Positions 10,185-20,177 are shown, counted from the first letter of the stretch. The stretch is 64,000 nt of DNA from Acidimicrobiia bacterium (GCA_041576165.1 JBFGLM010000001.1:64001-128000), one strand, 5' to 3'. Notes: generated from the letters alone by a model not told the origin. Made by a program: numbers and translations.

Positions 10185-10445
10185 ATGCGCAAGGAACACC
10201 TGGCCGCCATCGCCAACTTCTTTTTCCCGGGCGCCGGATATCTGATCGCGGGGGTCAAGCAAGGCCTGGCGATCTTGTGGCTGGCCGGTGTGATCGGCCT
10301 GACCTATGTCGAGTTCGGCATTCGAGAGTCCGAGCCCACACTGTATGCGATCATGTTCGGTTCCGTCTTCCTGATGAACATCGCCTTCGCCATCGACGTC
10401 TTCAGGATTGCCCGAGGGGAATCCCGCGAGCTCGCCTCCACCTGA
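10185..10445 (+). CDS. Small membrane protein, divergent from the AraC regulator
   Basis: AAGGAG RBS, 86 aa, three hydrophobic segments, NFFFPGAGYL motif. Confidence 0.7.
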   Translation: MRKEHLAAIANFFFPGAGYLIAGVKQGLAILWLAGVIGLTYVEFGIRESEPTLYAIMFGSVFLMNIAFAIDVFRIARGESRELAST

Positions 10446-10560
10446 GCCCGCCGCCCGCGTGGCCCACCCCGCGGGCCCGCGAAAAATCTCCCAAAGCTGG
10501 GAACCACAAAACTAGTCACTGACCGTGACGCGACCACGCAACGTGGTATTGTGAGCCCAG

Positions 10561-10663
10561 TCTTCCGCCGGCCGCTGAGCTGGCACATGGTCCGGGCTCT
10601 GCCCGGACCACCGGAAGAGCTTGGGGGGTGGAGCTGCGGGCAGGGGTCGCCCGCAGCTCTCTC
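10561..10663 (+). ncRNA. Candidate structured sRNA or leader RNA (three-way junction + terminator-like hairpin)
   Basis: Pairings 10561-67/10612-18, 10568-72/10579-83, 10588-97/10601-10 and 10631-41/10649-59. Extended -10 TGGTATTGT just upstream. Confidence 0.4.
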
Positions 10664-10730
10664 GCGTACATACCGGTCGCCGGCGGGAAGGTTGGCCGGA
10701 GGACGCCCCGGCCTAGATAGTCTCTGATGC

Positions 10731-11234
10731 ATGGAGATTCGCCCGCCCGATCCCTCCGAACACGACGCCCTGGCGGCCCTCGCCGTGCGCGCGTATATGG
10801 CCGTACCCGGGATCGAACGCTATGCCGACCATTTGGGTGAGCTTCGTGACGTCGCCGGCCGGGTACACGACAACGTCGTGCTCGTCGCGTACATCGGGGG
10901 CCGCCCGGTCGGGCTGGTGACCTACGTTCCTGGACACGACAGCCCCCTGGCGGAGTTCGAAGATCGGGACGCGGCCGGTATCCGGGCACTTGCCGTCGAT
11001 CCCGGCTACCAGCGCCGCGGGATCGGCAGAGCGCTCACCGTCGCCTGCCTCGATCAGGCGCGAGCCGACGGCCGCCGGCTGGTTGTGCTGCATACCACGG
11101 ACGAGCTGGTCGCCGCTCACAAGCTCTACGGGTCGATGGGCTTCGAGCGCGATCCTGCTCGCAACTATTCGGCGGATGGGATCAACCTCTCCGGCTATGT
11201 ATACCGGCTCGAGGAACAGGCCGATTCGCCATGA
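10731..11234 (+). CDS. GNAT family N-acetyltransferase
   Basis: Motif A LAVDPGYQRRGIGRAL and AHKLYGSMGF. Confidence 0.92.
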   Translation: MEIRPPDPSEHDALAALAVRAYMAVPGIERYADHLGELRDVAGRVHDNVVLVAYIGGRPVGLVTYVPGHDSPLAEFEDRDAAGIRALAVDPGYQRRGIGRALTVACLDQARADGRRLVVLHTTDELVAAHKLYGSMGFERDPARNYSADGINLSGYVYRLEEQADSP

Positions 11235-11320
11235 TCCAACCGTGCAGGGGCCGGACCGCGTCACGTTTCCGCTGGCGCAGGCGGGCTGGGTAGACCACCC
11301 AGGGGACCGCCGCCTCCGGC

Positions 11321-12850
11321 TCAGTGGTGGTGGCGTTCGAAGATCTCTCGAACCGCCCCGATAGTGTCGGCGTCATCGGCCGACTTATCCGGCCGGAACC
11401 CCTTTACCCGCGCGAAGCGCAGGGCCATGCCGCCCGGGTACCGGCTGCTCGACTGGACGCCGTCGAATGCAACCTCGACAACCAGCTCGGGCCGAACCGT
11501 GACCTGCCACCCGTTCTCGTCGATCGCCAGCGACTTGAGCCGGTCTGTCTGCCATTCGAGCATGTCATCGGTCAACCCTTTGAACGTCTTGCCGAGCATC
11601 ACGAAGCCACCCGCATCCGGATCGCGGGCTCCCAGGTGGAGATTGGACAGCCACCCGGTGCGGCGTCCGTGACCCCATTCGGCCGCCAGGACCACCAGAT
11701 CAAGGGTGTGGCTCGGTTTCAGCTTGAGCCAAGAGGCGCCTCGCCGTCCCGCCGCATACGGGGCTGTGAGTGACTTGATCATGATGCCCTCGTGGCCGGC
11801 TGCCAGCGCCTCGCCCAGGAAACTCTCGGCCCGGTTCCGGTCCGAGGTCACGAGCTGAGGTATCCGGTAGCGCTCGGGCACTGCCGACATCAGCAGCTCG
11901 AGCCGGCGACGCCCGTCTTCATCGACCGTGTCGGTGCCGCTCAGATGCAGAATGTCGAAGAAATACGGCGTGAGGGGCATCCCACTCGCCCCATCGTCCG
12001 GCTGGCGCCCGAACCGGCCCATCGTCACCTGAAACGGAAGCGGACGCCCGTCGTCGCGGAGGGCGATCACCTCGCCGTCGAGTACGAACCGGGTAGCCGG
12101 GAAGGACCGGACGATCTCGACGACCTCGGGCGATCGATCGGTGACGTCCTTGAGGTTACGCGTGAACAGCCGCACCTCGTTGCCGTTGCGGTGCACCTGG
12201 ACCCTGGCCCCGTCCAGCTTCCACTCGAGAAGAACCGCGCCGGCATCCGGAATCGCCTCGTCCAAAGAATCCGCCGGTTTGGCCAGCATTGGCTGGAGTG
12301 GCCGGAATAGCTCGAGGCCCACCCGGGCGAGGCCCTCCCCGCCTTCAGTCATCGCGGTCTCAGCCACGTCCGGTAGATCACCGTGCAGCATGTGCGCCCG
12401 GCGCACGGCTGCGGGTTGGACCCCGGCCGCGATGGCAATTGCCTCGATCATCACGCCGTCGAGGGCACCCTGGCGCATCTCGCCCAAAAACAAACGCGAG
12501 ATGAACTCCTGTTCCTCGCGGGTGGCCCGACCGTACACCGCCCGCAGAGCGTCGATCTTCTGGATCTGGGACCCGGGCCCGGTGATCGCCCTCAACTCCT
12601 CGGCCAGTCCGTCGATGTTCTGCACCGTGAGGTTGGCCGACGTGGATGGGGAAACGTCGAGATCTCGAATGGTGGCGTAGCCGACCCCGACCTTGCCCTG
12701 TCGCAGCTCGCCGGTCAGAAAGCCGACTACCAACGGTATTTCCGTTTCATCCGCTGCTGAGAGCAGGTCCGCCAGCCGGGCGATCTTGGCCTTCCGCCCG
12801 GACACCTCGGCGACGTCCCGCGACGCTGTGACTACGTCGGCGAGGAGCAT
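11321..12850 (-). CDS. ATP-dependent DNA ligase (actinobacterial LigB type)
   Basis: EWKLDGAR adenylation motif, VLDGE, HEGIMIK, WLKLKP and ALRFAR. Confidence 0.95.
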   Translation of the reverse strand: MLLADVVTASRDVAEVSGRKAKIARLADLLSAADETEIPLVVGFLTGELRQGKVGVGYATIRDLDVSPSTSANLTVQNIDGLAEELRAITGPGSQIQKIDALRAVYGRATREEQEFISRLFLGEMRQGALDGVMIEAIAIAAGVQPAAVRRAHMLHGDLPDVAETAMTEGGEGLARVGLELFRPLQPMLAKPADSLDEAIPDAGAVLLEWKLDGARVQVHRNGNEVRLFTRNLKDVTDRSPEVVEIVRSFPATRFVLDGEVIALRDDGRPLPFQVTMGRFGRQPDDGASGMPLTPYFFDILHLSGTDTVDEDGRRRLELLMSAVPERYRIPQLVTSDRNRAESFLGEALAAGHEGIMIKSLTAPYAAGRRGASWLKLKPSHTLDLVVLAAEWGHGRRTGWLSNLHLGARDPDAGGFVMLGKTFKGLTDDMLEWQTDRLKSLAIDENGWQVTVRPELVVEVAFDGVQSSSRYPGGMALRFARVKGFRPDKSADDADTIGAVREIFERHHH

Positions 12851-12911
12851 GAAGCATCGAATCTACCTGTTCCACGACGGAACGGAACCGCGCAGCCTGC
12901 ATTAAGGGTCC

Positions 12912-14402
12912 ATGGCACGGTCCCGGGATGTACGGTCGTACGCACCTACCGAGCTGCCTACCGCGAGGCGCACGGTGGAAGCGGCACGACGAAAGCAGGC
13001 ATCCGTGAGATTGCGCCGGGCCGTTGGCCGCGGATGGGGATCGACCCGGGAAGAGCAGTTCCGGCCGCTCCCCGGAGACGAAATCATCCCGCAGCCGGCA
13101 TGCGCCACCACCCACGCGATCACCATTGACTCCGGACCTCACGACGTCTGGCCATGGCTGGTTCAAATGGGCTACGGCCGCGGCGGCTGGTACACGCCCG
13201 CCTTCGTCGACCGCTTGTGGGGCGTTCGCAACCCCAGTACCGATGAGATCCTCGGCGAATGTCAGCACCTGGCGGTGGGTGACATCATCTTGGACGGCCC
13301 GCCGGGAACGGCTGTATTTCGCGTGGAGGGGGTCGATCCGCCGCGTTCCCTGCTTCTCCATTCCCGCCGTCATCCCGTGACGGGTGTTGCCCCCGACCCC
13401 GCCGGCCCCCGACCCGGCCCGTACGTGGACTTCAGCTGGTCCTTTGTGCTCGAACCGATCGCGCCGGATGCCACCCGCCTGCTGCTGCGCGCCCGGAGCA
13501 ACGCTTCACCCGCCTGGCTGAACTTGTTCGCCCGGGCGGTACTCACACGCATCGACATCGTGATGGGCCGCTGGATGCTGCGGGGCATCCGACGACGGGC
13601 CGAGTCGGGACCGCTGCGCCGTCGTGCGACGCCCCCGTCACGGCGAATGATCCTGGATGCCTCCCGTGCCACCAGGCGCAACTCGGCAACCGGATTCTTC
13701 CAGTGTGACGTGACCGCAGCGCGGGGTCTGCTGGCATCCCGGCGTGATGAGAGCAACCGTCCGTTGTCACTCACCGCTTTCGTATGTGGCGCCCTGGCCC
13801 GGGCGGTGGCAGCCGAGCCACTGGCCAACTCGGTACTGGACTTGCGCAACCGAGTTGTGAGCTTCGACGATGTGGATCTGATGGTGATGATCGAATCGGA
13901 GGTCGACGGTCGTTCTGCCCCGATCGGCCGGATCATTCGCTCGGCGAACCGGAAGTCGGTCGAGGAGATCACCAATGAGTTGCGGCGGGCTCAGGCGGCT
14001 CCGCTGGCAGCAGAAGCCGGTCGGATGCTCCAGATGGGTCGATGGGTTCCCGCCCCACTACGACGGACGGTGCTGCGCTGGATCGATCGCAATCCGAGGC
14101 TCGCCAAACGAACCAAAGGAACCGTTTCCGTCTCATCGGTCGGAATGTTTGCTCGCGGCGGCGGATGGGGCCTGGGCGCCCTTCACCACACCGTCGGCGT
14201 GATCGTGGGGGGTATCACGGCTCGGTCCGTTGAGAAGGACGGTCGGCTGGATACCCGGGAGTTTCTCAGCATCACATTCTCGGTCGATCACGACATCATC
14301 GACGGCGCCCCGGCCGCCCGAGTGGCCGCGGAGATGCGCCGGATCATCGAAAGTCCAGGCGCGGCGATGATGAGTGGAGCGCCCCAGACGGCCGCTCGCT
14401 GA
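12912..14402 (+). CDS. Fusion of an SRPBCC-like domain and a 2-oxoacid dehydrogenase E2-type acyltransferase catalytic domain
   Basis: N-half LPGDEII...AITID...VWPWLVQMGYGRGGWY; C-half GTVSVSSVGMF and DHDIIDGAPAAR. Confidence 0.75.
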   Translation: MARSRDVRSYAPTELPTARRTVEAARRKQASVRLRRAVGRGWGSTREEQFRPLPGDEIIPQPACATTHAITIDSGPHDVWPWLVQMGYGRGGWYTPAFVDRLWGVRNPSTDEILGECQHLAVGDIILDGPPGTAVFRVEGVDPPRSLLLHSRRHPVTGVAPDPAGPRPGPYVDFSWSFVLEPIAPDATRLLLRARSNASPAWLNLFARAVLTRIDIVMGRWMLRGIRRRAESGPLRRRATPPSRRMILDASRATRRNSATGFFQCDVTAARGLLASRRDESNRPLSLTAFVCGALARAVAAEPLANSVLDLRNRVVSFDDVDLMVMIESEVDGRSAPIGRIIRSANRKSVEEITNELRRAQAAPLAAEAGRMLQMGRWVPAPLRRTVLRWIDRNPRLAKRTKGTVSVSSVGMFARGGGWGLGALHHTVGVIVGGITARSVEKDGRLDTREFLSITFSVDHDIIDGAPAARVAAEMRRIIESPGAAMMSGAPQTAAR

Positions 14403-14448
14403 CGACCCGACTGACCGATCGGCTCGAGTACATCTACGCTGCTGCTCC

Positions 14449-16293
14449 ATGCGATTCGGTGTCTGTTATTACCCGGAACAGTGGCCACAGGAGCGTTGGC
14501 CCACAGACGCCGCCATGATGGCGGAAGCCGGTCTCGAACTGGTCCGCGTGGCCGAGTTTGCCTGGTCGTCGTACGAACCCGGGCGGGGTCGCTTCGAGTT
14601 TGGCTGGCTGGACCAGGCTCTCGACGTCTTGGCTGCGCACGATCTGGGGATCGTGATGTGCACTCCTACCGCCACCCCGCCCGTGTGGCTCGTGCGGGAA
14701 CGTCCAGAGGTCCTGTCTGTCGGACCGGACGGGCGGCGACGAGCCTACGGCTCGCGGCGTCATACCTGCGTGACCGCACCCGCCTACCGGGAGGAAGCAG
14801 CCCGAGTGGTGGACGTCCTGCTGGATAGGTATGCCGATCATCCCGCCATCGTGGGATGGCAGGTCGACAATGAGCCGGGAAATCATGATTCCGCCCGCTG
14901 CTGGTGCGACGCCTGCCAGGCGGCATTCGGCACGTGGCTGGAGGACCGGTTCGACACCGTCGACGCGTTGAACGAGGCGTGGGGTACGGCGTTCTGGTCG
15001 ATGACGTATCCCGATTTTGCGGCTGTGCGTCTACCGGTCCCGACGGTAACCTCTCACAACCCTTCGCTGCTGCTCGCCCATCGGCAATTTGCGTCCAGGC
15101 AAACCCTCGACTTCCTGCGCAACCAGTTCCAACAGATCGAGTCTCGCGTGACCGCCGATGTGATGCTCACCACTAACTTCTACGGCGAGGACACGGCCGT
15201 CGACCAGCGAGCTGCGTCCCGGCTGGGCGGTCACGCCGCGGTCGACAGCTACCCCCATGGGCCGCGGGATCCGATGATCACCGCATACCACCTCGACCTC
15301 ACCCACTGGGCACCGGGCGGCGACGGCGGGGCATGGGTCATGGAACAGCAACCGGGACCCATCAACTGGACACCGGACAACCCGCCGGTACCCGACGGCC
15401 AGGTGCGGGTCTGGACCTGGCAGGTCGCGCTTCACGGATTCGACGCGCTGCTGTACTTCCGCTGGAGGCCGGCCCGAGGCGGGCAGGAGATGTATCACTC
15501 GGGGTTGTTGCGTCACGACGGTACGCCCCGGGCTGCGCTGGCCGAGGTCGGGGACACGATTCGCGAGCTACGGGGATCCGGAAGGGTGCCGCCCCCGGCA
15601 CCCTCGGTGGCGCTCCTCCAGTCCTACGACGACGCATGGGCCATCGAAGTCAACCCACATCGCCGTGGTCTGACGCACCGAGATCTGCAGCTGGGTGCTT
15701 ATGTGGCGGCCCGACGGCTCGGCCTTGACGTGGCGATCGTCGACCCGGAGGACGATCTCACTCCGTATGACTGGATCCTGGCGCCGGCTCTGCACGTGGC
15801 AACCGAGAAGCGGGTGGCCGCGCTCGTGAACGCGATCAATCGAGGCAGCCGGCTCGTCATCGGTCCCCGCAGCCTGGTGGTTGATCGGCATGGCAAGATC
15901 TCGGATCGCCCTCTGCCCCATGGGCTGACCGACCTCCTTGGAGCCCGGGTGGACGAGATGCTCAGCCAGACCGAACCGCTCACGGTGGAGCCGTGGGGTA
16001 CTCCGGCGGGCGTATGGACCGATGTGCTCGAAGTGGCAGGCGGAGAGGTGGTGGCCACGTACGCCGGCGGGACCTCTCTCGACGGCCGGCCCGCCATCGT
16101 TCGCAGCGGCAATCTGGTCTATGTCGGATGCTCCGACGCGGGTACTTGGACGCGGTTTCTGGCCGGTGTGACCGATCGGGTGCCCCGGCCGGACCATCAG
16201 GAGGTGTTCGAGCGCACCGGGGGGGTGGGAGCTCGTAGCTGGCGGGCGACGATCGACCACCGAACACTCGACGTAGCGATCACCCTGCGCTGA
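14449..16293 (+). CDS. Beta-galactosidase, GH42
   Basis: FGVCYYPEQW, AEFAWS, TPTATPP, WQVDNE (acid/base), VMEQQPG (nucleophile) and YFRWR. Confidence 0.93.
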   Translation: MRFGVCYYPEQWPQERWPTDAAMMAEAGLELVRVAEFAWSSYEPGRGRFEFGWLDQALDVLAAHDLGIVMCTPTATPPVWLVRERPEVLSVGPDGRRRAYGSRRHTCVTAPAYREEAARVVDVLLDRYADHPAIVGWQVDNEPGNHDSARCWCDACQAAFGTWLEDRFDTVDALNEAWGTAFWSMTYPDFAAVRLPVPTVTSHNPSLLLAHRQFASRQTLDFLRNQFQQIESRVTADVMLTTNFYGEDTAVDQRAASRLGGHAAVDSYPHGPRDPMITAYHLDLTHWAPGGDGGAWVMEQQPGPINWTPDNPPVPDGQVRVWTWQVALHGFDALLYFRWRPARGGQEMYHSGLLRHDGTPRAALAEVGDTIRELRGSGRVPPPAPSVALLQSYDDAWAIEVNPHRRGLTHRDLQLGAYVAARRLGLDVAIVDPEDDLTPYDWILAPALHVATEKRVAALVNAINRGSRLVIGPRSLVVDRHGKISDRPLPHGLTDLLGARVDEMLSQTEPLTVEPWGTPAGVWTDVLEVAGGEVVATYAGGTSLDGRPAIVRSGNLVYVGCSDAGTWTRFLAGVTDRVPRPDHQEVFERTGGVGARSWRATIDHRTLDVAITLR

Positions 16294-17650
16294 ACCCGCT
16301 TCGGCCGCCCGGGACCTGGAGTATTCGGGGCATGCGCAACTGAAAAACCGTCCATCCGCCATCGCGCAGATACCTCAGGTCGCCCTCCATGAGCTCGGCC
16401 AGCTTCCTGCTGATGGACAGCCCGATGCCGACCGAGTCGGCGGAGTGGCGGGCAGTGCGCGTCCGTTCGTACGGGCGGAACGCACGCTCGGCATCGCCCG
16501 GCGGCAGCCCGTCACCGTCATCGCACACCTTGACGATGATGTGCCTGACGTCTTCTCCCAGCCGGATTTCGATCTTTGGCCCACCGTAGCGCTGCGCATT
16601 GGTGAGGAGGTTGCGCACGATCTGGCGGAACCGGGCCGGGTCTCCAGAGCAATACAGGTCCCGTTCGGCCGGATCCGGCGGGGAAATCCGCTCTCCGGCG
16701 AAGTCGAGACCGGCTACCACCGCCGCCACCTCGGCCAGCACGTCGATCTCCTCACATTCGACGGCGAGGTGCCCGAGATCTGCCCGGGCCGACACCAGTA
16801 GATCGTCCACCATGTGCGCCACGTCTTGAGCCTGGCGGTGCAACACGGCGGTCATGGCCTCACGGTCCTCCGCGGCCATCGCCTCACCCTCACTCCTCAG
16901 AACCTGGGCATAACCAACGACCGCTGACAGCGGCGTCCGCACTTCGTGGGAGACCGAAGCGAGCAGTTGCATCCGGGCCTCGGCCAGATGCTGCATATCA
17001 CGTTCTCGAGAGCGCTGCTCGGTGATGTCGTGGATGGTGACCACCACCCGGGAGTAATCGGGCCGGCCTCGCTCCTCCGGTATCACCATCGTCAGCCGGG
17101 CGTCGAACACCGATCCGTCGGCATGAGCCCCGTTGAACTCGATGAGTGCCGAGCGCTGTCCCGTCCATACCGTTTCGAGCTGACGGGTCCAAGAAACGTG
17201 CGACCCCTCATTGATGATCGCGGGATCCACGGGACCCATGACCTCGTCGCGCGGCTTGCCGATGACTTCAACCCCCGCCGGGTTGATGGCTGTGATCCGG
17301 ATCCGGGAAACGGCGGCGGCCAGGCGGTCGGGCCGGCCGGCCAGATAGCCGGCGAGGTCAGCGACTCCTTGCAGCCGGAGTTCGGCCATCCACTCCACCA
17401 CGTCGGTGTAGTCCTGAGCCATGGTGGGCGCAGGCGATTCCCGAAACAGCTCCTTGAACGACATCCCGCCTGGCGCTGCCGGGGCCGATTGCTGGGCTGC
17501 GAGGTTGGTCAGGAACTGCTTCCAATCTTCCCGGTCAGACGGTGGGCTTTCGGTCGATAGACCCGATTCGGCCAGCGCGCGAGCAACAGCCGGACCGAGC
17601 TCCGGTTCGAGGCTCCCGAGGAGCCGCAACGGTCGGCCGTGCTCAGGCAT
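16280..17650 (-). CDS. Cytoplasmic PAS-domain sensor histidine kinase
   Basis: PAS/PAC ending IHDITEQR, H-box VSHEVRTPL, NLLTNA, DDGDG and GIGLSI. Confidence 0.9.
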   Translation of the reverse strand: MPEHGRPLRLLGSLEPELGPAVARALAESGLSTESPPSDREDWKQFLTNLAAQQSAPAAPGGMSFKELFRESPAPTMAQDYTDVVEWMAELRLQGVADLAGYLAGRPDRLAAAVSRIRITAINPAGVEVIGKPRDEVMGPVDPAIINEGSHVSWTRQLETVWTGQRSALIEFNGAHADGSVFDARLTMVIPEERGRPDYSRVVVTIHDITEQRSRERDMQHLAEARMQLLASVSHEVRTPLSAVVGYAQVLRSEGEAMAAEDREAMTAVLHRQAQDVAHMVDDLLVSARADLGHLAVECEEIDVLAEVAAVVAGLDFAGERISPPDPAERDLYCSGDPARFRQIVRNLLTNAQRYGGPKIEIRLGEDVRHIIVKVCDDGDGLPPGDAERAFRPYERTRTARHSADSVGIGLSISRKLAELMEGDLRYLRDGGWTVFQLRMPRILQVPGGRSGFSAG

Positions 17651-17711
17651 GCGATTCAGTTATCGGCGTAGAACCGCCAGGAGCTGAACATCCGGGTTCC
17701 GCACCTACAGA

Positions 17712-18833
17712 TCAACGGGCCGGAATGACTCGTACGACGTGCACGTCGTGGGCGTCCACCCGGGTCGAATATGACGTCCGCGTGCCAGAGCGCTGCTCGC
17801 CCGTTGTCACGTTGTGCACGACGGCCGAGGCTCCAACGTCCAATCCGAGGTGCTCCCAGCCAATCGTGAGCAGGGCACCGTCGGTTTCGCTGGTGTTGAA
17901 GAATCCTGCAGCCCAACTCCCGTCGCCCAGCGCCTTGACCCACACCTGGCCGTGGCCATGCCCCAGCGCCGGGATGCGAAATCCCTGGCGGCCGAGCGGG
18001 TCCTGGTTGATTGCGACCAGATCCGGATCGGTCAGCAGGCCCAGGGTGAACTCATCCATCGCCCGCACATCGCATCCGATCATGAGGGGCGCGGCCAGCA
18101 CACACCACAACGCAAAGTGAGATCGGTACTCTGCGTCGCTCAGCCCACCTCGCCCCACGTGGCCGGCGCCCCGCATCCCGACCACGAGCATGTCGGGATC
18201 GTTCCAGTGACCGGGACCGGCATAGGGGTGGAGATCTGCCTGCAACTCGAATCCGATGTGCGCCACCGACTCCCAGGAGTCGAAGATGTCTCCCGTCGTC
18301 CGCCACATATGTGCACCAATCGACGCCGCCCATTCCCACGGCCGGTTGACACCCCATTCGCAGATCGAATAGAGGATGTCGCGCCCGGACGTGCGGAGCG
18401 CCTGGCCCATACGCCGGTAGAGGCCAACAGGGTCGCCACCGGCTGCCGTGTAGCAGTAGTCGTACTTCAGGAAGTCGACACCCCATTCGGCGATTGTCGC
18501 CGCGTCGAGGTGTTCGTAGCCGTAGCTGCCCGGCAGGCCCTCGCAAGTGTGGGTGCCGGCACAGGAGTAGATGCCGAACAGGAGGTCGCGAGCGTGAACC
18601 TCGTTGGCGAGCTCGGAGATGCCCATGGAGAATCGATCCGGGTCAGGGGTGAGACGCCCGTCGACTCGTGCGGGAGCCATCCATGCGTCGTCGACGACCA
18701 GATACCGGTAGCCGGCTTCACGCAGCCCGGTCTCGACCAGGGCATCGGCCGTCTCGAGAATCAGCTCCTGGTCGATGTTGGGACCAAAGGTGTTCCAGCT
18801 GTTCCAGCCCATGGGCGGGGTCGCGGCAAGCAC
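17712..18833 (-). CDS. Alpha-galactosidase, GH27
   Basis: TPPMGWNSWN, VVDDAW, GVDFLKYDYC, WRTTGDI and WNDPDML. GTG start after GGAG. Confidence 0.94.
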   Translation of the reverse strand: MLAATPPMGWNSWNTFGPNIDQELILETADALVETGLREAGYRYLVVDDAWMAPARVDGRLTPDPDRFSMGISELANEVHARDLLFGIYSCAGTHTCEGLPGSYGYEHLDAATIAEWGVDFLKYDYCYTAAGGDPVGLYRRMGQALRTSGRDILYSICEWGVNRPWEWAASIGAHMWRTTGDIFDSWESVAHIGFELQADLHPYAGPGHWNDPDMLVVGMRGAGHVGRGGLSDAEYRSHFALWCVLAAPLMIGCDVRAMDEFTLGLLTDPDLVAINQDPLGRQGFRIPALGHGHGQVWVKALGDGSWAAGFFNTSETDGALLTIGWEHLGLDVGASAVVHNVTTGEQRSGTRTSYSTRVDAHDVHVVRVIPAR

Positions 18834-19064
18834 GTTGTTTCTCCGTTGACTGCTCGAAACGCCCCGCCGCGTCGCCAGAGGGGGCAAGGTGGCTTTCACC
18901 TGGTCAAACGCGCGAAGGGCATCAACCTTGACGCACGGCTTCGACCGTAGCCCAGCGCCGGCGACACGGTCAAGGCAAGGACAAGGCGGCGAGTCCGCTC
19001 GTGTCCCGCCCGTTATGCTCGCCGCCGAGCCGGAGGTAACGCGGGAATGAATCCCTGCTGAAAC

Positions 19065-20177
19065 ATGCGTGATCACGTCGCACGGATCTTCCGCGATCGG
19101 TTCGGCGGTACGCCGGACCTGGTCGTGCGCTCGCCCGGGCGGGTGAACCTGATCGGCGACCACACCGATTACAACGATGGGTTCGTCCTGCCGATGGCAA
19201 TCGATCAAGCCACCTGGCTGGCCGCCCGCTCCCGAAACGATCGCCGCATATCGCTCCAATCGGAGAAGCTCGGCAGCGCCGAGTTGAGCCTCGACGAACA
19301 CGCCCCGACCGGCACCTGGTCGGACTACGTGCAAGGTGTTCTGTGGTCATTGGAGCTGCCGCTCGACCGCGGCTTCGACGCGGTCATCGCTACGAGCGTT
19401 CCTGTGGGCGCCGGGCTGTCGTCGTCGGCCTCCCTCGAGCTGGCCGTCGCTCGACTCACCGTCGAGCTCGCCGGTGGCGGCTGGGATCCGGTCGCAGCCG
19501 CCCTGGCGTGTCAACACGCAGAAAACGAATTTGTCGGGATGCCCTGCGGCATCATGGATCAGCTCATCGTCGCATCTGGCATCGCCGGCGCCGCACTCCT
19601 GATCGACTGCCGAACGCTCGAAACGAACCCGGCGCCCCTTCCCCATGAGGTGACCGCAGTGATTCTCGACACAGGCACTCGCCGCCGGCTCGTCGACTCC
19701 GAATACCAAAGCCGCCGCGCGGCGTGCGACAGGGTGGCTGCAGCTGTCGGGGCGCCCGCCCTGCGCGACGTCAGCCTCGACCAACTGGATGCCGTCCGCC
19801 TCGACGAGAATGACCGGCGCCGGGCGCGCCACGTGGTCACGGAGAACGACCGCACGGTGCGAGCCGCCGCCGCCATGGCCTCCGGCGATGTCGCCGGGAT
19901 GGGCCGGCTGATGAACGAGAGTCACGCCAGCCTGCGCAACGACTACGAGACATCGAGTCCGGCGCTGGACGCGATCGTCGAGATCGCCCGCGGTCACCCT
20001 GCCTGCGTCGGCGCCCGGGTCACCGGGGCCGGGTTCGCCGGTTGCGCCGTTGCCCTCGTCCGTTCGGAACGAGTTGGGGATTTCACCACCGCCGTCGGGC
20101 CCGGCTACGACGCAGCCACCGGCAACACGTCGGCGCTGTATCCCACATCCGCCGCCGCCGGGGTCTGCCTGGCCTGA
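19065..20177 (+). CDS. galK: Galactokinase
   Basis: PGRVNLIGDHTDYNDG, GAGLSSSAS, CGIMDQ and GARVTGAGFAG. Confidence 0.95.
   Translation: MRDHVARIFRDRFGGTPDLVVRSPGRVNLIGDHTDYNDGFVLPMAIDQATWLAARSRNDRRISLQSEKLGSAELSLDEHAPTGTWSDYVQGVLWSLELPLDRGFDAVIATSVPVGAGLSSSASLELAVARLTVELAGGGWDPVAAALACQHAENEFVGMPCGIMDQLIVASGIAGAALLIDCRTLETNPAPLPHEVTAVILDTGTRRRLVDSEYQSRRAACDRVAAAVGAPALRDVSLDQLDAVRLDENDRRRARHVVTENDRTVRAAAAMASGDVAGMGRLMNESHASLRNDYETSSPALDAIVEIARGHPACVGARVTGAGFAGCAVALVRSERVGDFTTAVGPGYDAATGNTSALYPTSAAAGVCLA

Noticed and set aside
10503-10547. Tandem NrdR boxes (ACCACAAAACTAGT, ACCACGCAACGTGGT)
   Set aside because: Length and sequence fit the 16-bp consensus poorly, and no ribonucleotide reductase gene is nearby.
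10600-10665. 6C RNA on the minus strand (C6 tract)
   Set aside because: 6C RNA needs two hairpins with C-rich loops. Here the C6 run lies between hairpins and the promoter signal is on the plus strand.
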